Under the pieces are notes generated by a model that was given only the letters and a program-made list of their open reading frames with translations, was not told the origin of the DNA and made no database searches. The position numbers were made by a program, and so were the translations under genes. A DNA stretch of 64,000 nt from positions 641,881-705,880 of the forward strand of contig WLWS01000001.1 of NCBI GenBank assembly GCA_012103475.1, in the 5' to 3' direction. This document shows positions 51,425-60,534 of the stretch, one piece after another (within the stretch, counting starts at the first letter, position 1; each line of letters opens with the position of its first letter). The stretch comes from Gammaproteobacteria bacterium. GTDB lineage: Bacteria; Pseudomonadota; Gammaproteobacteria; Eutrophobiales; Eutrophobiaceae.

Positions 51425-52513
51425 CTATTGCTTGGTACGTTGGTAAGCGGCCTCGGTCATCTCTCCCCATTTTGCGTATTCTGTCTGGAAACCTTTATAG
51501 GCTTCGTAAACACGCTTAAATTTCGGGCTCGCCTCTGCTTCTTCTTCCAGTGTCACAACAGTAAGTTTGCGCAACTCCGCCATCACTTCGGCGGGAAATT
51601 CCAGCACTTCTACATTCTTCTTTGTGTTCAATTCAGCCAGTGCCTGGGTATTCAGGTACTCCATGGAAATGTACATCCAGTCTGTCGTTGCGGCAGCCGC
51701 CGTCTCGACAATTTTTTTAAGATCATCCGGCAACTGCTGCCAGTGAGCCTGATTAATCAGCAATTCAAATTCTGTACCCGGTTCATGCCAGCCCGGATAA
51801 TAGTAATATTGCGCAGCGCGATTCAAACCCAGACGCATATCGTGGAAAGGGCCGACCCACTCGGTCGCGTCAATGATGCCGCGTTCGAGGGCGGTATAAA
51901 TCTCACCACCCGACATCAGCACCGGATTGCCTCCGGCTTTCTTCAACACTTTGCCACCGAGTCCGGGCATACGCATACGTAAACCCTGCAAATCAGCGAC
52001 GCTGTCAACACGCTTGTTGAACCAGCCACCCATCTGTATACCAGTGTTACCCATGGGTATAGGATGAATATTGAAAGGCTGATAAATTTCCCGCCACATT
52101 TCCAGACCACCGCCATGAAATAGCCAGGCATGCATACCGCGCGCTGTCATGCCAAAGGGGACGGTCGAGAAAAACTGTGCTTCAGGAATCTTGCCGGCCC
52201 AGTAGTAAGGCGAGCCATGTCCCATCTCAATGGATCCTTGTGAAACCGCATCAAAAGTCTGCAAGGCCGGCACCAGTTCGCCGCCGGCGAAGACCTGAAT
52301 ATCAAGACGACCATTGCTCATGGTGCGGACATCGTCAGCAAATTTTTGCGCGCCTTCCTGGAATACCGGAAAGTTGGCTGGCCAGGTTGTTACCATTTTC
52401 CAGCGAAAGGTTTTACCACTGGCTGCAGCGGATCCGCTTCCCTGCTGACTACCGCTGCCGCAAGCAAGCAGGGACAGACAAAAAAGAATCAGTGTAATGT
52501 TTCGTAGCATCAT
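51425..52513 (-). CDS. TRAP transporter substrate-binding protein (DctP-type), lipoprotein signal
   Basis: 362 aa. It has a signal peptide with lipobox LLAC and a DctP-family core. No dctQ/dctM is adjacent. Confidence 0.8.
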   Translation of the reverse strand: MMLRNITLILFCLSLLACGSGSQQGSGSAAASGKTFRWKMVTTWPANFPVFQEGAQKFADDVRTMSNGRLDIQVFAGGELVPALQTFDAVSQGSIEMGHGSPYYWAGKIPEAQFFSTVPFGMTARGMHAWLFHGGGLEMWREIYQPFNIHPIPMGNTGIQMGGWFNKRVDSVADLQGLRMRMPGLGGKVLKKAGGNPVLMSGGEIYTALERGIIDATEWVGPFHDMRLGLNRAAQYYYYPGWHEPGTEFELLINQAHWQQLPDDLKKIVETAAAATTDWMYISMEYLNTQALAELNTKKNVEVLEFPAEVMAELRKLTVVTLEEEAEASPKFKRVYEAYKGFQTEYAKWGEMTEAAYQRTKQ

Positions 52514-52541
52514 AGTTTTTACTCTCTAATGGTTATGAGAT

Positions 52542-54426
52542 TCAACACGCAGCCTGTAAACCAGCGTAGGCCAGCACCAGCCATTTACTACCAGCACCTT
52601 CGAAATGCACCTGTACTCTGGCGTGACTGCCACTGCCCTCCAGGTTGAGTACCACACCTTCTCCAAAACGATTGTGCACAACACGCTGACCTAGCGAAAA
52701 ATCACCTTCTTCCTGTAACACTTCCTGTTGCTGCTGGGAGAACATCTGCTGACTCACACCACCGCCACCCAGACGAATTTCATTTAGTAGTTCGCCCGGA
52801 ATTTCTCCGATAAAACGAGAGGGTGTCGGGTAATAATCAGAACCATGCAGTCTGCGGTGTTGGGCAAAGGTCAGAGTCAGATTGCTCCTGGCCCGGGTAA
52901 TACCGACGTAACAGAGTCGACGTTCTTCTTCCAGTTGCACCAGATCAATGTTCAACCAGACCACTATGTTTGATGACCGTGTCGACTGCCTCATCCAGTG
53001 TCAGACCCTGAATTTCCGAAGCGATTAACTGAATGAGTTTAAGAAAGCGTTCCAGTGCCCCAAGTGCTCTGGCAGATAGCGATTTATCATGGAGAATCTG
53101 CACGGCTGCCTGCCACATCGGTACATTTTCCCGCCGCGCAATAATACGTAACTCCTCGAGAGTGCGCTGACCGATACCACGAGTGGGCGTGTTAACGATG
53201 CGTTCAAAAGAGGCGTCGTCATCATTAAAACTGGCAAGCCGCAGGTAGGCGAGGGTGTCTTTTATTTCGGCGCGTTCATAAAAACGCATGCCTCCGTATA
53301 CACGATAAGGAATACTCGCCTGCATCAGCGTCTCTTCAAGTACACGTGACTGTGCGCTTACCCGATAAAGCACGGCATGATCGTTATACAAGAGAGTGTC
53401 CTGTTTTGCCGCGCGAATGGATTCAATCACATAGCGGGCTTCATCGTGTTCGTTGTAAGCAGAATAAAGACCGATCTTTTCGCCATCTTCATCTTCCGTC
53501 CAGAGTTCTTTACCAAGACGGGAATCATTATTTGCAATCAGTGTATTGGCCGCTTTCAGAATATTGGCAGTGGAACGATAGTTTTGTTCCAGTTTCATTA
53601 ATCTGGTACCGGGAATATCTTTTTGAAACTGCTGCATATTCTCAATCCGCGCACCGCGCCAGCCATAAACAGACTGATCATCATCGCCGACAGCAAACAG
53701 GGCACCAGTGTCACCGACCAGCAGGCGCAACCAGGCATACTGCAGGGCATTGGTGTCCTGAAACTCATCCACCAATACGTGACGAAATCGCTCACGGTAA
53801 TTCTTCAGCAACGCATCGTTGTCACGAAACAACTCGTGCGCACGTAAGAGTAGCTCAGCGAAGTCGACCAGACCGCTACGCGCACAGGTTTGCTCATAGA
53901 CCTGATATATATGGATAAGCTGAGCCATGGTTTGATCGCCATCATCATCGAGGTGCTGCGGTCTTAAGCCCTCATCTTTGCGACCATTGATAAACCATTG
54001 CGATTCGCGTGGTGGAAACTGGCTTTCGTCCAGTTGCATGCCTCGTATGACCCGGCGGATAGTCCGGTACTGATCATCACTATCGAGAATCTGAAAACTC
54101 TCCGGCAAACCTGCTTCCTGCCAGTGCGCACGCAAAAGTCTGTGCGCTATACCATGAAAAGTCCCCACCCACATCCCGCCAATCGGTCTATCCAGTAAAG
54201 TCTCAATACGCGAGCGCATTTCCGCAGCGGCTTTATTGGTAAAGGTGACAGCGAGAATCCCATAAGGGCTGGTCTGATTGGTTTCGATATACCAGGCGAT
54301 GCGATGGACCAGTACCCGGGTCTTGCCACTACCGGCTCCGGCCAGCAACAGAATATTGCCAGTCGGTGCGGCCACAGCTTCACGCTGAGCTTCATTAAGG
54401 GGATCAAGTACGGCAGAAACATCCAT
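52542..54426 (-). pseudogene. uvrD: DNA helicase II (UvrD) with ~100-codon internal deletion and frame change
   Basis: The N-part (from MDVSAVLDPLNEAQREAV, GAGSGKT, DEFQDTN) ends at ...IKHSGLVEH*. The C-part resumes in another frame at LEEERRLCYVGITRA. The segment that carries helicase motif V (TLHSAKGLEF in E. coli) is absent. Confidence 0.85.
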
Positions 54427-54543
54427 CGTCCGGATTTTAACAGAATGCCCGGCAAAGGTTTGCATGATGAATTCTTTTTCCATCACCAGAGCGCCGGCGC
54501 AGGGAAGAATGTTAGACTAGCGCTTTTTTACAAAGGACAGGCT

Positions 54544-55881
54544 GTGACAACTTCTGAAAACTCGGATAAGCAACAGGATCTTGCCGGAATCGTTCAGCTG
54601 GTGCTGGACACGGCAAAAACCTGTGGTGCCACCTCAAGTGAAGCCGACATCGGTGTTGGTGAAGGTCTCTCGGTGACTGTGCGTATGGGTGAGCTGGAAA
54701 CAATCGAACACCAGCGTGACAAAGGCATGAGTGTCACCGTCTATGTTGGTCAGCGCAAGGCCAGTGCCAGTACAACGGATTTCAGTGACAAGGCGATTCG
54801 CGAATCGGTTGAGGCGGCCTGTGCGATTGCAAAAAATGCCAGCGAAGACAAGTATGCCGGCTTGATTGATGCCCGTTATATCGCCACCGAGCTGCCCGAT
54901 CTGGATCTTAATCACCCCTGGACCATTACTGCAGAGCAGGCGACGGAGTTGGCACTCGAGTGCGAAACCATCGCACGGATGAGTGACAAACGAATCAATA
55001 ATGCCGATGGCACACTGGTGAATGCCTATTCCGGTCAGCACATGTACGGTAACTCACACGGTTTCATCGGTGGCTGGGACTGGTCCAGCCACAGCATCGA
55101 TTGCACGGTTATTGCCGAAGAAAATGGCATGCAACGCGACGGCTGGTACAGTAAGGCAAGGGCCTCTGAAGATCTCGAACCTGTAGCCAGTATAGGCAGA
55201 AAGGCCGCTAAACGAACAGTAGAACGCCTTGGCTCGCGAAAACTGAGTACGCGCCAATGTCCGGTGTTGTTTGAGGCGCCGCTTGCCAGCAGTCTGTTCG
55301 GTGCCTTTATTGGTGCCATTTCCGGCGGATCCTTATATAGAAAAGCGAGTTTTATGCTGGATAAGATTGATCAGCAGATTTTCGCGGATCACATCCATAT
55401 CCATGAAAATCCCTATCTGCCACGCGCCATGGGAAGCGCACCTTTTGATTCTGACGGAATGACCACCCGCACACGCGATATTGTCAAAGACGGCATTCTG
55501 CAGGGATATGTGCTGAGTGCCTATTCAGCCAGAAAACTCGGTCTTGAACCTACCGGAAACGCGGGTGGCGTGCATAACCTGCATATTACTCCCGGGGAAC
55601 AGAACATGGATTCCTTAATCAAAACCATGCATGAGGGTCTGCTGGTCACCGATATGATCGGTTTTGGTGTGAATCAGGTGACTGGTGATTATTCACGTGG
55701 TGCCGCAGGCTTCTGGATTGAAAACGGTGAAATTCAGTATCCGGTTGAAGAAATCACAGTGGCAGGAAATTTGCTTGATATGTACATGCAAATAGTTGCG
55801 GTTGGCAATGATGTCGACAACCGCGGCAATACCCGAACCGGTTCGGTATTGATAGAAAACATGACCATCGCCGGAGAATAA
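54544..55881 (+). CDS. pmbA: Metalloprotease PmbA (TldE)
   Basis: 445 aa from the GTG at 54544, matching the length and pattern of PmbA. The ORF-track 5' extension overlaps uvrD and is discounted. Confidence 0.88.
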   Translation: MTTSENSDKQQDLAGIVQLVLDTAKTCGATSSEADIGVGEGLSVTVRMGELETIEHQRDKGMSVTVYVGQRKASASTTDFSDKAIRESVEAACAIAKNASEDKYAGLIDARYIATELPDLDLNHPWTITAEQATELALECETIARMSDKRINNADGTLVNAYSGQHMYGNSHGFIGGWDWSSHSIDCTVIAEENGMQRDGWYSKARASEDLEPVASIGRKAAKRTVERLGSRKLSTRQCPVLFEAPLASSLFGAFIGAISGGSLYRKASFMLDKIDQQIFADHIHIHENPYLPRAMGSAPFDSDGMTTRTRDIVKDGILQGYVLSAYSARKLGLEPTGNAGGVHNLHITPGEQNMDSLIKTMHEGLLVTDMIGFGVNQVTGDYSRGAAGFWIENGEIQYPVEEITVAGNLLDMYMQIVAVGNDVDNRGNTRTGSVLIENMTIAGE

Positions 55882-55929
55882 AATAAAAACGGCGACACAA
55901 TTAACAACGAGACTTTATAGACAGGACTT

Positions 55930-56883
55930 ATGACGGCTTCACAGGAAAATATTATTGCGCTCGATGTCCAGAGCCGATTCGAGCGGGTGATCGAGAAGGC
56001 CAATCAGATCATTCTTGGTAAAGAACACACAATACGACTTGCACTCAGTTGCATGCTTGCCCAGGGACACGTTCTTATCGAAGATCAGCCGGGCGTCGGC
56101 AAAACCACACTGGCCAATGTGCTGGCGACGCTGCTGGGATTGAGTATTCAGCGCATTCAGTTTACCAGCGACTTATTACCGGCCGATATTCTTGGCGTAT
56201 CGGTTTATAACCGGGATTCCGAATCCTTTAGTTTTCATCCCGGACCTGTTTTTTCACAGGTGGTACTTGCCGATGAAGTCAACCGGGCCACCCCGCGCGC
56301 GCAAAGTGCCCTGCTTGAAGCCATGGAGGAATATCAGGTCACCATTGAAGGTGAAACGCGCAAACTACCCGAACCCTTCTTCGTGATTGCGACACAAAAC
56401 CCTTCCAGTCAGGTTGGCACCTTTCCTTTGCCGGAGTCACAACTGGATCGCTTCATGATGCGTCTCGAACTCGGCTACCCTGATGGCGAAGCCGAACGCG
56501 AGTTGTTAAAAGGCCGGGATCGACGCGAGCTACTTGCCGAAACCTCCGCGCTTATCAGCGTTGAAGAACTTCGTGATATTCAGGCGCGGGTAGAATCTGT
56601 TTTTGTCGCTGATGCCCTGCTGGATTACCTGCAGAACCTGCTCGACTTCAGTCGCATGAGCACTGATTTCGCAAATGGTTTATCACCGCGCTCAGGCCTC
56701 GCTGTCCTGCATTGCGCGCGCGCCTGGGCCTTGCTGCATGGACATGAACAGGTGCTTCCCGAAGATATTCAGACTGTACTGCCAAGTATCATCGGTCATC
56801 GTTTAAAACTGAATCAGGAAAGTGGTGACAGTAAAGCGGATTCGGTGGCAGATGTTTTGATCAGGCAGGTTCCTATTCCCTAG
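55930..56883 (+). CDS. MoxR-family AAA+ ATPase
   Basis: 317 aa. It has Walker A QPGVGKT, Walker B LADEVNR and the ATQNP motif. Confidence 0.92.
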   Translation: MTASQENIIALDVQSRFERVIEKANQIILGKEHTIRLALSCMLAQGHVLIEDQPGVGKTTLANVLATLLGLSIQRIQFTSDLLPADILGVSVYNRDSESFSFHPGPVFSQVVLADEVNRATPRAQSALLEAMEEYQVTIEGETRKLPEPFFVIATQNPSSQVGTFPLPESQLDRFMMRLELGYPDGEAERELLKGRDRRELLAETSALISVEELRDIQARVESVFVADALLDYLQNLLDFSRMSTDFANGLSPRSGLAVLHCARAWALLHGHEQVLPEDIQTVLPSIIGHRLKLNQESGDSKADSVADVLIRQVPIP

Positions 56884-56890
56884 TGCTAGC

Positions 56891-57895
56891 ATGAGTAACA
56901 GCGTTGTTCTTGAACGCCTGCCGAAACCGGCCGCTACGCACTACACCAGCCGGGCCGATTCTCCGAGGCGCCAGCGCGTTTATATTTTTCCGACCCGCTA
57001 TGGCCTGATATTCAGCGTCAATTTGCTGGTTATGTTGATCGGCGCTATCAACTACAACAACAGCCTCGCCTATGCCCTGACATTTTTACTTGGCGGCCTG
57101 TTTCTGATTGCCATGTTACATACCTACAGCAACCTGCGCGGCCTGATCATCAATGCCTCGCCAGCTGAGCCGGTGTTCGCTGGTCAGATCGCCAGTTTTC
57201 CACTCATTGTGAATAATCGCTCTGGTAAAATCCGGCTTGCGATAAAAATTAGCCAGCCGGAAATACGCAAGAAATTTTTCCGCAAAAAAAAGTATTACCG
57301 GACGCTGACAACACTGAACCTGCACGCCGATAGTATTCACTCCACTGGCCTTGAATTCGCAACGACAAAGCGCGGTTATTTATATCCCGGTCGGGTACGT
57401 ATTTCTTCAAACTGGCCACTTGGCCTGTTTCAGGCCTGGTCCAACATGACAATTGAACAGGGCGATCTGGTTTATCCGAAACCAGCAGGCCGACGCACAC
57501 TGCCTGCCACTACTGCTATTGACGAAGATGAGCAGACAGGCTCAGGCAGCGGTACTGAAGACTTCGTTGGCGTGCGTCAGTATCGTAATGGTGACTCTAT
57601 GCGCAGCGTTGACTGGAAAGCCTACGCCCGCGAACGTGGTTTGCACAGTAAACGCTTCAGCGGAAAGGGCAGCAGAAAAATATTACTCGACTGGTCACAA
57701 ACGGAATCGCTTACTGATATAGAAGCGCGTCTGTCTCAACTTTGTCTGTGGTTACTCGAAGCCGAAAAATCGCAGTGCCAGTATGCCTTACAGTTGCCGG
57801 GTGCCGGAGCTGTGACGTTCGCACAGGGTGAGGCTCATAAACAGATCTGCCTCAGCGCTCTGGCAACATATGGCCTGAAAGATGAACAGCCTTAA
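56891..57895 (+). CDS. DUF58 domain protein
   Basis: 334 aa. It has N-terminal TMs and the DUF58 core (EDFVGVRQYRNGDSMRSVDWKAYAR). It lies downstream of moxR. Confidence 0.85.
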   Translation: MSNSVVLERLPKPAATHYTSRADSPRRQRVYIFPTRYGLIFSVNLLVMLIGAINYNNSLAYALTFLLGGLFLIAMLHTYSNLRGLIINASPAEPVFAGQIASFPLIVNNRSGKIRLAIKISQPEIRKKFFRKKKYYRTLTTLNLHADSIHSTGLEFATTKRGYLYPGRVRISSNWPLGLFQAWSNMTIEQGDLVYPKPAGRRTLPATTAIDEDEQTGSGSGTEDFVGVRQYRNGDSMRSVDWKAYARERGLHSKRFSGKGSRKILLDWSQTESLTDIEARLSQLCLWLLEAEKSQCQYALQLPGAGAVTFAQGEAHKQICLSALATYGLKDEQP

Positions 57896-59879
57896 ATCCA
57901 CGCTGTTGGCTTTACGGGCTGATCTGCTCTGGTTAAGTGCGGGCCTCAGCCTCGCAGTTGTCCCGCACGCGCAACGCATACCCTTGTGGATGCCCTTCAT
58001 GTTTCTTAGCCTCGCTATCTGGCGTTTGTACATAGAACACACTATGCGCGGCAAAATCGAAAAACCTTCTTTCATGGGCCGGCTTGGGCGTCAGATCATC
58101 ATGCTGGTCATCGTAGTTGGCGTTTTTAACACTTATGGCACTCTGGTCGGCCGCGATGCCGGTGTCGCTTTGCTGGTACTGCTGGCTGGCGTGAAACTGC
58201 TCGAATGTCAGACTGAGCGCGACTATTACATCGCCTCTTTTATCGCCATGTTTTTAGTACTCACCAACTTTCTTTATTCACAGACCATTCTTGCCGCCCT
58301 GCATATGTTGTTGGCAATCACTGTCATTATTACCGCACTGGTCAACCTCAACGATCAGTCACACTTCATCGGCAGCCGCCTACGATTAAAGATCGCGGGT
58401 TCCATGTTGTTACAAGCAGTTCCCCTGTTGCTGGTTCTCTTTGTGCTTTTTCCGCGAATAGACGGCCCGCTCTGGGGCTTACCAAAAGATGCTCTCAGCG
58501 GGAGTACAGGACTCGATGATGAAATGTCACCCGGACAAATCAGCCAGCTGAGCCTTTCCGATAAAGTCGCCTTTCGGGTTGAATTTTTCGATGAGATTCC
58601 GAGTCCCTCGTCTTTGTACTGGCGCGGCCCGGTACTCTGGTACAGCGACGGCGTAAAATGGGTTCGAAATAAAAGACGAATTGAGGCAGCAGCGGTAAAA
58701 GTTCGCGGTGAACCGGTAAAGTACGCGGTGACAATGGAAGCCACAGACAAGAACTGGCTGTTTGCTCTGGAAATGCCCGTCACACTGCCAGACAGATCCT
58801 TCTACAGTCATGACATGCAAATACTCTCACGCAGCATTGTGCGCTCGCGGCAACGTTATGAAGTAAGTTCCTTTACCGACTACATTATGCCTGAGGTTGA
58901 TGAAACCGGTCTGCAAAACGGTCTGCAGTTACCACAGGGTCGCCACCCGCGCGCCAGAGCTCTGGCAGAGGAGTGGCGCAATGAGGGGAAAAGTAGTCGC
59001 GAAATAGTTAACACTGCACTGAGCATGTTTAATACCGAAGCCTTTTATTACACGCTGCAGCCATCTTTATTACTTGAAGACAGTGTCGATCAGTTTCTTT
59101 TTGATACACGTCAGGGCTTCCGTGAACACTATGCTTCGGCTTTCGTTGTTTTAATGCGGGCCGCGGGTGTGCCGGCAAGAATAGTGACCGGCTACCAGGG
59201 TGGCAGTATTAACCCTGTCGGTGAATATCTTGTGATTCGTCAACGAGATGCTCACGCCTGGGCTGAAGTCTGGTTAGGAGAAGAGGGCTGGGTGCGTGTT
59301 GATCCCACTGCTGCAGTTGCACCGGAAAGAATCGAGGCTGGTATCGAAAACGCCCTGCCGGAAAGCATTATTGAAATTCCTCTGGGCATTCGAAACAATC
59401 CGGCCGCTCTCGATCTCTGGCGCCGAATCAGTTTCAGACTGGATGCCCTGAACAACCGCTGGAACCAATGGATATTGGGTTACAACAACAAGCGTCAGAA
59501 CCTGTTTCTGAATTACATCGGCTTCGGTGATGTTAACTGGCAGAAAATGACTACAGTCTTGTTACTTCTGTCTGCACTGGTGTTATTTACAGTTTGTTTT
59601 TATCTATTCAGAACCGATAACCGACACAAAGACGAGGCCCTCATTCTTTATAATAAATTTTGCGAAAAACTTTCTCACTGTGGCATAAAACGCCTGCCAA
59701 GCGAAGGCCCAAGAGACTTTGCCAGACGTGCAAGCTCGCTTCGCAGTGATCTTTCGAACGCGATCAAAGAAGTAACGAATCTTTATATCGAAACCCGCTA
59801 TGCGGAAAAGCAGGAACGGATCCTCGCACTGAAAGATGCGATAAAACGATTCAAACCTGAGTCCAGTCCGGCAACTTGA
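57882..59879 (+). CDS. Transglutaminase-like membrane protein (TgpA-type: DUF3488 + transglutaminase core)
   Basis: 665 aa. It has multi-TM N-terminal and C-terminal anchors and a periplasmic domain. A RDAHAWAEVW His-containing segment matches the transglutaminase core. At the expected catalytic Cys position I see FREHYA rather than a Cys-containing motif. Confidence 0.8.
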   Translation: MNSLKSTLLALRADLLWLSAGLSLAVVPHAQRIPLWMPFMFLSLAIWRLYIEHTMRGKIEKPSFMGRLGRQIIMLVIVVGVFNTYGTLVGRDAGVALLVLLAGVKLLECQTERDYYIASFIAMFLVLTNFLYSQTILAALHMLLAITVIITALVNLNDQSHFIGSRLRLKIAGSMLLQAVPLLLVLFVLFPRIDGPLWGLPKDALSGSTGLDDEMSPGQISQLSLSDKVAFRVEFFDEIPSPSSLYWRGPVLWYSDGVKWVRNKRRIEAAAVKVRGEPVKYAVTMEATDKNWLFALEMPVTLPDRSFYSHDMQILSRSIVRSRQRYEVSSFTDYIMPEVDETGLQNGLQLPQGRHPRARALAEEWRNEGKSSREIVNTALSMFNTEAFYYTLQPSLLLEDSVDQFLFDTRQGFREHYASAFVVLMRAAGVPARIVTGYQGGSINPVGEYLVIRQRDAHAWAEVWLGEEGWVRVDPTAAVAPERIEAGIENALPESIIEIPLGIRNNPAALDLWRRISFRLDALNNRWNQWILGYNNKRQNLFLNYIGFGDVNWQKMTTVLLLLSALVLFTVCFYLFRTDNRHKDEALILYNKFCEKLSHCGIKRLPSEGPRDFARRASSLRSDLSNAIKEVTNLYIETRYAEKQERILALKDAIKRFKPESSPAT

Positions 59880-59907
59880 TGATTTCCCACAGGAGAAAAC
59901 AATACCA

Positions 59908-60525
59908 ATGAGTTTTTACGAAAAACATTGCCTGCCTCACATTATAAACTTTGCCTGCAGTATGAAGCCGATACTCCGTAAACGTCAGGAAGTGGTACCA
60001 CTTGCCAGCGGTCGTGTGCTTGAAGTGGGAATGGGTTCAGGCCTGAATTTACCCTACTACAATGAGGAAAATGTAGACATGGTGTGGGGTCTTGAACCTT
60101 CTGAAGGTATGCGCAATAAGGCACGCTCCAGACTTGGTGATTCTTCAATCAAGGTTGAAATGATCGACTTGCCCGGAGAAGAAATACCACTGGAAGATAA
60201 CAGCGTGGATACTGTCTTACTGACCTTTACCCTTTGCACAATCCCCGACTGGCAAAAAGCACTGGAACAAATGCGCCGGGTTCTAAAGCCGGAAGGCAAA
60301 CTGATCTTTTGCGAACACGGTAAATCACCTGATCAGTCTGTCGCAAAGTGGCAGGACAGACTAAACCCCTACTGGAACAAGTTTGCCGGTGGTTGTAATT
60401 TAAATCGGCCAATGCCTGAGCTTATATCAGGTGGTGGATTTAAAATCGAAGAACTGGAGGCCGAGTATCTGCCCGGACCACGCCCCATAAATTATTTCTA
60501 CAGGGGTATTGCCCGGCAGATTTGA
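59908..60525 (+). CDS. Class I SAM-dependent methyltransferase
   Basis: 205 aa. Motif I is VLEVGMGSGLN, with post-I and motif II patterns. Confidence 0.85.
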   Translation: MSFYEKHCLPHIINFACSMKPILRKRQEVVPLASGRVLEVGMGSGLNLPYYNEENVDMVWGLEPSEGMRNKARSRLGDSSIKVEMIDLPGEEIPLEDNSVDTVLLTFTLCTIPDWQKALEQMRRVLKPEGKLIFCEHGKSPDQSVAKWQDRLNPYWNKFAGGCNLNRPMPELISGGGFKIEELEAEYLPGPRPINYFYRGIARQI

Positions 60526-60534
60526 ATCATAAAA

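Noticed and set aside
54304-54543. N-terminal 80-codon extension of the pmbA ORF, overlapping the uvrD start region
   Set aside because: The extension has no similarity to PmbA and overlaps the divergent uvrD 5' end. The GTG at 54544 with an upstream AGGA-like RBS gives the expected ~445-aa protein.
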